Assembly: GCA_000004695.1 (NCBI GenBank) | Contig: CH709159.1 | Coordinates: 1 to 3,759 of the forward strand | Direction: 5' to 3' | Source: Dictyostelium discoideum | Lineage: Eukaryota | DNA length: 3,759 nucleotides | Part shown: piece by piece, positions 1 to 3,759 of the stretch | Position numbering within the stretch: the stretch's first letter is position 1 | Layout of the letters: each line of letters starts with the position of its first letter | Translations under genes and position numbers: made by a program | The notes under the pieces: model-generated | What the model was told of the DNA's origin: nothing | Seen by the model: only the letters and a program-made list of their open reading frames with translations | Database searches by the model: none

Positions 1-225
1 TACAGTTTTTACACAATGTTGGTGAAATTGTTTTGGTTTTAATGCTAATGCTTAAACATCATATTTGAATTTTTAACAATTAAAGCATCACCACTATTTA
101 CATATAGTACTTTGGCTGCTTTTTCGAGGAATTTAGTCAAATTTTCCTCTGCATCTAACTATTATTCATTGCCAGATTCAATGGCTAAATTTCTTAAGAG
201 TTTTATCAAATCTATTAATTCTTCG

Positions 226-388
226 ATCATTCTTTTTTTTTTGAAATTTTTTTTTTTATTTTGTTTTTTCAATTTTTTTTTTTATTTTTTTTTGTTTTTT
301 TTTTAACAAATGTAATTTTTTTTTATTTTTTTCAATTTTTTTTTTTTTTAATTTTTATTTAATTTTTTTTGTTTTTTTTTAATTTTTT
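226..388. repeat. Oligo(dT)/oligo(dA) low-complexity block (runs of 9-14 T separated by 1-4 nt)
   Basis: Directly visible homopolymer T runs. Typical AT-rich intergenic or 3'-flank DNA. The six-frame 'ORF' 112..306 is just a poly-Phe translation of this block. Confidence 0.85.
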
Positions 389-414
389 GTGTTGATTTGT
401 GTTGATTTGTGCTT
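389..414. repeat. 10-bp tandem repeat (GTGTTGATTT) x about 2.5
   Basis: gtgttgatttgtgttgatttgtgc seen directly. Confidence 0.8.
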
Positions 415-444
415 TTTTTGTGTTTTTTGATTTCGCCACTTGTT

Positions 445-450
445 TTTATT
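445..450 (-). terminator. AATAAA polyadenylation signal for the minus-strand gene ending at 499
   Basis: Minus-strand AATAAA (plus-strand tttatt) lies about 50 nt downstream of the TAG stop at 499-501. The A-rich tract follows on the minus strand. Confidence 0.4.
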
Positions 451-498
451 TTCTAATTTCCCCATAACCCCTTCTATTAATTGCAACCAAATCAAGTT

Positions 499-1023
499 CT
501 AATTTTTTGTGTCCTTGTTAACTTTGTTTTTGCAACTTTTTTTTGAAGGTATCACATTAACGATTGTTCCTATTGATGGTGATTTGGAAGGTGATTTGGA
601 AGGTGATTTGGATGGTGATTTGAGAGGTGATTTGGATTGTGATTTGAGAGGTGATTTGGATGGTTTGGAATGTGATTTTAAAGGAGGTTTATTAACAATT
701 GGTATCTTATGATGACGGCCTCTGAGACGTTTTACAGTTTTTAAAAATGGGAGTATTTCTTCTTGTTCCATTTCATTATTGAGTTTGTGTTGAAATTGAT
801 TATCGTTAATGATAGGTGGAATATTTGATGGATTGTTAAGGGCATCTTCCAATACCCTAAATGGATCATTTTGTGTTACCAATTGATGCAAGTTGAAATT
901 GGATAAATCCTTACCAAGATTTTTAATAAATTGAACCAGAAATTCAATAACTTTCCCATCATTATTTAAATAAAGGCCAGAAGTAAAAGAATCAATATCT
1001 TTTGGTATGTTTGGCCAAAAATA
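499..1023 (-). CDS. Hypothetical low-complexity protein, C-terminal part, with a KSPSKSP/SPLK tandem-repeat tail. Open frame of 174 codons plus a TAG stop at 499-501. The 5' limit is set by an in-frame TGA, not a start codon.
   Basis: The six-frame track gives 499..891; its first codon is TTG, so this is not a real start. The same frame stays open upstream to 1023 with strongly A/T-ending codon usage (cca, gat, tct, tta, gtt, caa). It translates as ...FWPNIPKDIDSFTSGLYLNNDGKVIEFLVQFIKNLGKDLSNFNLHQLVTQNDPFRVLEDALNN...KSPSKSPSKSPS...KDTKN*. No ATG lies in frame before residue 'NNEMEQEE', so the true start must be upstream via a frame change (see next feature). Confidence 0.55.
   Translation of the reverse strand, partial: YFWPNIPKDIDSFTSGLYLNNDGKVIEFLVQFIKNLGKDLSNFNLHQLVTQNDPFRVLEDALNNPSNIPPIINDNQFQHKLNNEMEQEEILPFLKTVKRLRGRHHKIPIVNKPPLKSHSKPSKSPLKSQSKSPLKSPSKSPSKSPSKSPSIGTIVNVIPSKKSCKNKVNKDTKN
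578..682 (-). repeat. 12-bp coding tandem repeat (GGTGATTTGGAA-like, about 8.5 units) encoding (K-S-P-S/L)n on the minus strand
   Basis: Units seen directly: ggtgatttggaa x2, ggtgatttggat, ggtgatttgaga, ggtgatttggat, tgtgatttgaga, ggtgatttggat, plus degenerate units. The plus-strand 'ORF' 509..712 (GDLEGDLEG...) is the antisense artefact of this repeat. Confidence 0.9.
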
Positions 1024-1185
1024 TCAACTGTTGATTGTTTATAAAGAACCAACTTACCTCCTACAACCAGAGTATAAACCTTTTTTTTGAAGGCTATTGA
1101 TTCCATCTTCCAAAAATTCAAGTTTATAAAGTTGTTTAGTGTCTTCCTGTATTACCTTATGAATTTTACACAAAATAAATATTTT
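1024..1185 (-). CDS. Probable upstream coding continuation of the same gene. The well-coded frame switches at homopolymer runs. Frame a reads ...QEDTKQLYKLEFLEDGINSLQKK. After the T8 run at 1081-1088, frame b reads (MESIAFKKK)VYTLVVGGKLVLYKQSTVDIFGQTYQK. After the T4 run at 1000-1003, it joins the 499..1023 frame.
   Basis: Codon-usage quality moves from frame a to frame b to the downstream frame exactly at A-runs on the minus strand. Frame b has an ATG at 1106..1104 (MESIAFKKKVYTLVVGG...) and is open to a TAA at 966-968. A GTAAGT donor-like hexamer (minus strand, 1057..1052) sits where frame a hits its stop. The only downstream AG gives a 30-nt intron that enters the 3' frame at a TGA, so splicing does not explain the switch. 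The gene structure is unresolved. Confidence 0.3.
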
Positions 1186-1260
1186 CTATTAGAATTAAAT
1201 ATAAAATTTGTTAATTATTACTGTTTCTTATATTATTATTAATCTTTATGTTTTAATTAC
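1186..1260 (-). other. Candidate intron or inter-ORF spacer (about 90% A+T). On the minus strand it begins GTAATT just after a TAA and ends AATAG.
   Basis: Composition and GT...AG ends are seen directly. However, all three frames of the upstream ORF hit stops before the GTAATT, so its use as an intron is unproven. Confidence 0.2.
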
Positions 1261-1478
1261 TTATATTATTTTTTTAATTTCTAGAAAAAGTACAGTATCA
1301 CCAACTTTAAATCCCTTTGGTGGTTTTGAATTCCATTGATTTTGGTAACTTGTGAGATTTTCAAGAATAGCTGTTCTTTCTTTTTTGAAACATCTGAAAC
1401 ACCAATTGATTGAGAGTTTTGTTCTGATTGAACATTAATAAACAAAGGTACAATACCAACAGCTTGAGATGATGCCAT
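1261..1478 (-). CDS. Small ORF or first exon. It reads MASSQAVGIVPLFINVQSEQNSQSIGVSDVSKK. After the T6 run at 1381-1386 the better-coded frame shifts to ERTAILENLTSYQNQWNSKPPKGFKVGDTVLFLEIKKII*. Alternative start ATG at 1517. The track frame ends at 1281.
   Basis: Track ORF 1281..1517 (-). The AAAATGG context at 1478 is better than that at 1517. Codon usage (ggt, gtt, tca, gat) is excellent up to the A6 run, then better in the -1 frame, which ends at TAA 1261-1263. It lies about 60-100 bp downstream of the outward-facing TATAAATA of the left repeat arm. Confidence 0.4.
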
Positions 1479-1567
1479 TTTAATTGTTCTTGTTTTCGTA
1501 TTATTGTAATCATACAAAGCTTGTTTTAATCCCAGTGAGACAATCCGGCCATATTAGTCACATTCAC

Positions 1568-1575
1568 TATTTATA
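1568..1575 (-). promoter_or_regulatory. TATAAATA box at the outer end of the left arm, facing outward on the minus strand toward the ATGs at 1517 and 1478
   Basis: Plus-strand tatttata is TATAAATA on the minus strand. It lies 175 bp from the HSE. Its partner is at 3048-3055. Confidence 0.35.
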
Positions 1576-1620
1576 CATTTTTATTTTCTTAAAAATTTCC
1601 CAAAACTAAAAAAATAAGTG

Positions 1621-1746
1621 TTTTCGACCCTTCACAATTTTCGTGCATTGTGTGGGTTCGGAATTTTTATGTTTTTTGACCTTGCGCATTTATCGCGTCA
1701 TTGTGCCGGTTCGAAATTTTTACTTTTCTTTCGAAAATTTTTTATT
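1621..1746. repeat. Degenerate tandem sub-repeats of about 52 bp inside the left arm (two units plus a partial third), each ending in GGTTCG(A/G)AATTTTTA or TTCGAAAATTTTTTA
   Basis: Unit 1 (1621-1669) and unit 2 (1672-1723) align: ttttYgaccYtt...cattgtgNNggttcgRaattttta. A third copy of the 3' half is at 1731-1745. Mirrored in the right arm at about 2877-3000. Confidence 0.7.
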
Positions 1747-1747
1747 C

Positions 1748-1768
1748 TTCGAATGTTCTAGAACATTC
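1748..1768. promoter_or_regulatory. Heat-shock element in the left arm: TTCGAAtgTTCtaGAAcaTTC
   Basis: Four contiguous perfect nGAAn/nTTCn pentamers with 2-nt spacers, plus an abutting TTC. CTAGAACATTCTAA matches the Pelham consensus CTnGAAnnTTCnAG at 13 of 14 positions. Confidence 0.65.
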
Positions 1769-1823
1769 TAAAAAAAATTATCTTAGATATTTGGGAAATT
1801 CAAATAAATAAATGTTATTAATA

Positions 1824-1843
1824 ATATATATATATATATATAT
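1824..1843. repeat. (AT)10 microsatellite, with a further (AT)5 at 1853-1862
   Basis: Seen directly. It could act as a TATA-like element for inward transcription from the HSE. Confidence 0.9.
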
Positions 1844-2624
1844 GATAATATTATATATATATGATAATATAAATTGCCCCGTTTCAATCGTCCAATGCAA
1901 AAATGTATGTACACCATAACTCACTTCCATCTCACCGTTTACATCACAATTTTCGCCCTGGAAATAGTTTGTAAGACAGAAGAAGGCTCAACATTTCTGG
2001 ATGTCTATCGCGTTGACTAATAACCAGCTCCCAACCACTATTTCCTTTAGCACCTTTCATATCTACATCAACATTATACTTAATCAATAACTTTACTAGG
2101 CCTGTGTTATGATTCTCAATAGCCCAGCACTTCGGTTTAAATGGGAAGTAAGTATAGGTATGACAAATGAAAAAAATACGTGCTCATGCGAATATATAGG
2201 ATGGGTAGGTCGGCATCTATGACTCGATAGAATTTTTACATTACATGATAATAAGGCATCAATAATGACTGGTTGAGTTGTATATTTGGAAATAGATACG
2301 TTCTAATATAACATTAAACGATTCATTTATTTCATTTATTTCGGTCGTTTTTAAATTATATAAATTACAATAGCACAAAATACATCTCCAAAAAGAGTGT
2401 ACACCGAAAACTTCACACATTCCAGTTAAAACTATATTGTATGCGTAATCATTCACCATAAATTGTTTAGAAGGTATTTATTCACCATCTACATCTAAAA
2501 ATCCACATTTTATACCAATCATTTAATTTATCAAAAATTGACTTTCATCTTTTCCTAAAATTCTTGATAAGTTTCCTTCCCGTGTAATACAAAAATTGGT
2601 TTGTTCACAGCAAAGAAAAATGCA

Positions 2625-2768
2625 CCTTTAAAGCAAATTTAAAGCAAAGTTGATTTAAATTGGATTTAAATTGAATTTAAAGCCGCGTTTAAAAAATTCA
2701 TTTTTAAGGTAATTTTTAAGGTAATTTTTAAGATATTTAAAAATGCCTTTAAAATTTGCTTTAAAATA
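2625..2768. repeat. Cluster of short TTTAAA-cored micro-tandem repeats: (TTTAAAGCAAA)x2, (GATTTAAATTG)x2-3, (TTTTTAAGGTAA)x2.5, (CTTTAAAAT)x2
   Basis: Seen directly, immediately inside the right arm. Confidence 0.75.
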
Positions 2769-2781
2769 AATTTATATTATC

Positions 2782-2800
2782 ATATATATATATATATATA
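2782..2800. repeat. (AT)9.5 microsatellite
   Basis: Seen directly. Confidence 0.9.
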
Positions 2801-2854
2801 TTATGAATAACATTTATTTATTTGAATTTCCCAAATATTTAAGATAATTTTTTA

Positions 2855-2875
2855 GAATGTTCTAGAATATTCGAA
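2855..2875. promoter_or_regulatory. Heat-shock element in the right arm: GAAtgTTCtaGAAtaTTCGAA
   Basis: Mirror image of the left-arm HSE. Four perfect alternating pentamers. Confidence 0.65.
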
Positions 2876-3047
2876 GAATAAAAAATTTTCGAAAGAAAAG
2901 TAAAAATTTCGAACCGGCACAATGACGCGATCATTGCGCAAGGTCGAAAAACTGAAAAATTCCGAACCGACACTATGCACAAAGTTGTGAAGGGTCGAAA
3001 ACTCTTATTTTTTTGAGTTTTGCGAAATTTTTAAGAAAATAAAAACG

Positions 3048-3055
3048 TATAAATA
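3048..3055 (+). promoter_or_regulatory. TATAAATA box at the outer end of the right arm, facing outward toward the ATG at 3223
   Basis: Seen directly. It lies 175 bp downstream of the HSE and about 170 bp upstream of the ATG. A second TATA-like run (TATATATAT, 3107-3115) and an oligo-dT-rich stretch lie closer to the gene. Confidence 0.35.
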
Positions 3056-3122
3056 GTGGCACTAAAAACTAAAACAATTTGATTTATTTTATTTGGGAAT
3101 TCCTCCTATATATATTTAAGAT

Positions 3123-3134
3123 ACACACACACAC
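3123..3134. repeat. (AC)6 microsatellite in the 5' flank of the right gene
   Basis: Seen directly. Confidence 0.9.
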
Positions 3135-3222
3135 AAATTTTATACAAATAATTATTTCTCTTTATTAATTTTTAATATTATTATTTTTCTCATATTATAA
3201 TTTTAGATATCAACAATAAAAT

Positions 3223-3759
3223 ATGTCTACCACTGTTAATAATAATGATGCCTCTAGTAGTAGTACCTCTGCCTCTAATAGCGCTGAATCCTTTGATTTA
3301 AGAATGAAATCAATGGAGGATCAAATCAACAACCTTTCCTTAGCCTTTACAAGATTCATGAAAGAACCTATGTTCTCATCTAATACCAATTCACGTAGCC
3401 AACCTTCTCATGATAACTCTGACACCGAGAATGAACAAAGTGAAGATGAATCAAGTAACAATGTCGATGTTCCAACCGATTATCAATTATCCGATACTTT
3501 ACTTGGTCAGTACAAACATATGGTAAACAATCAAGGTTTACTCGTCGAAGAAGAATGTATCCTCAAGAAAGATGAGATATCCGAATTGAATAAAGTATTC
3601 AACTTTCCATCTAACTTCCAAGTGAACGTCGCTCCATTCGGTACACCTGAAGGTATTACTGTATCATCCAACGTCAAGAACAATGATACTGACTTGTTGA
3701 TTGTCGAAAAGCGAATCAATGATAGCTTAAAACCTTTGCTTCTCATGTCAAGTATGTTA
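3223..3759 (+). CDS. Hypothetical protein, 5' portion. 179 codons open to the window edge with no stop. N-terminus is MSTTVNNNDASSSSTSASNSAESFDLRMKSMEDQINNLSLAFTRFMKEPMF.... It has a Ser/Thr/Asn-rich N-terminus and an acidic stretch, then ...LLGQYKHMVNNQGLLVEEECILKKDEISELNKVFNFPSNFQVNVAPFGTPEGITVSSNVKNNDTDLLIVEKRINDSLKPLLLMSSML...
   Basis: ATG lies in an AATAAAATATG context. I re-translated every codon from 3223 to 3759 with no stop. It is absent from the ORF track only because it has no stop inside the window. There is frequent use of C-ending codons (acc, tcc, aac, atc, ttc, gtc, gac). I could not assign a family. Confidence 0.7.
   Translation, partial: MSTTVNNNDASSSSTSASNSAESFDLRMKSMEDQINNLSLAFTRFMKEPMFSSNTNSRSQPSHDNSDTENEQSEDESSNNVDVPTDYQLSDTLLGQYKHMVNNQGLLVEEECILKKDEISELNKVFNFPSNFQVNVAPFGTPEGITVSSNVKNNDTDLLIVEKRINDSLKPLLLMSSML

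Larger units (their letters stand above)
1554..1875. repeat. Left arm of the inverted repeat (322 bp). It carries a 19-21 bp tandem duplication (gataatattatatatatat) and a longer (AT)n than the right arm.
   Basis: Direct comparison with the reverse complement of 2769..3065. Confidence 0.9.
1554..3065. mobile_element. Inverted-repeat-bounded element of about 1.5 kb. Two arms of about 300-320 bp in inverted orientation flank about 890 bp of GC-richer DNA. It resembles the DIRS-1 family (ITRs carrying a heat-shock promoter), and may be an internally deleted or non-autonomous copy.
   Basis: Arms aligned by eye. Left 1565-1576 pairs with the reverse complement of right 3047-3058, and left 1863-1875 with the reverse complement of right 2769-2781. 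Identity is about 93%, with a perfect 63-bp core. No similarity extends into the flanks, and no obvious target-site duplication is seen. The DIRS-1 assignment rests on recalled literature (about 330-bp ITRs with an HSE), not on a sequence match. Confidence 0.5.
2769..3065. repeat. Right arm of the inverted repeat (297 bp)
   Basis: Reverse complement aligns with 1554..1875. Confidence 0.9.

Noticed and set aside
112-306. Track ORF (+) of 64 aa, MAAFSRNLVKFSS...FFLFFF
   Set aside because: It begins with TTG, not ATG, and runs into the oligo-dT block as a poly-Phe translation. Extending the frame upstream and downstream gives only low-complexity F/L strings. There is no plausible protein.
509-712. 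Track ORF (+) of 67 aa containing GDLEGDLEGDLDGDL
   Set aside because: It is the antisense reading of the 12-bp KSPS coding repeat of the minus-strand gene. It starts with TTG, and the repeat periodicity alone keeps the frame open.
1052-1057. Canonical GTAAGT splice donor (minus strand) with the nearest AG only 30 nt downstream
   Set aside because: A 30-nt intron is too short for these genomes. The resulting junction also enters the downstream frame at a TGA. The frame change is better explained by the nearby homopolymer runs.
1261-1517. Possible Hsp10/GroES-like protein next to a heat-shock promoter (PLF...VQ near the N-terminus and GFKVGDTVLF resembling the GroES VKVGDxVLF strand)
   Set aside because: The resemblance is limited to two short motifs. 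The conserved GGI mobile-loop region and the overall spacing of cpn10 are absent. I treat this as coincidence unless an HMM search says otherwise.
1656-1719. tRNA gene suggested by GGTTCGAA (B-box-like)
   Set aside because: There is no upstream A-box, no acceptor-stem complementarity and no TCC after the motif. The motif recurs as part of the arm sub-repeat.
2259-2459. Track ORF (-) of 66 aa inside the element interior
   Set aside because: It has no codon-usage signal and a Cys/Tyr/Asn-rich composition consistent with a random open frame. It may at most be a relic of a degraded transposon ORF.
1554-3065. Target-site duplications flanking the inverted repeat
   Set aside because: Flanks (ggccata / ttagt... 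on the left, ...actaa / aaactaaaac on the right) show no direct repeat of 2-10 bp at any plausible boundary. This absence fits DIRS-type elements but does not fit cut-and-paste TIR transposons.
3531-3746. Track ORF (-) of 71 aa
   Set aside because: It lies wholly antisense to the much longer, well-coded plus-strand ORF 3223..3759, so it is a shadow ORF.

Overview
AT-rich eukaryotic genomic DNA. The composition points to Dictyostelium (long oligo-dT tracts, (TA)n/(AC)n microsatellites, A/T-ending codons, AAAATG start contexts). Two protein-coding loci are transcribed away from each other on either side of a roughly 1.5-kb inverted-repeat element, which is the main feature of the window. The left locus is a minus-strand gene or genes ending at 499, with a KSPS/SPxK tandem-repeat tail. 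Its good-codon reading frame jumps three times, each time at a homopolymer run. The right locus is a plus-strand ORF starting at 3223 and running off the window end. The element spans about 1554..3065. It has two roughly 300-320 bp arms in inverted orientation, about 93% identical, enclosing about 890 bp of much GC-richer DNA (about 35-40% GC). Each arm carries a textbook heat-shock element (GAAnnTTCnnGAAnnTTC), several TTCGAA / GGTTCGAA sub-repeats, and an outward-facing TATAAATA about 175 bp from the HSE. This architecture matches what I recall of the DIRS-1 family retroelement ITRs of Dictyostelium: roughly 330-bp inverted terminal repeats carrying a heat-shock promoter. An internally deleted or non-autonomous DIRS-1-like element is therefore the leading interpretation. 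The outward-facing HSE/TATA modules are positioned to put both divergent flanking genes under heat-shock control. No RNA genes, CRISPR arrays or prokaryotic-type features are supportable. Everything was read by eye; no searches were run.
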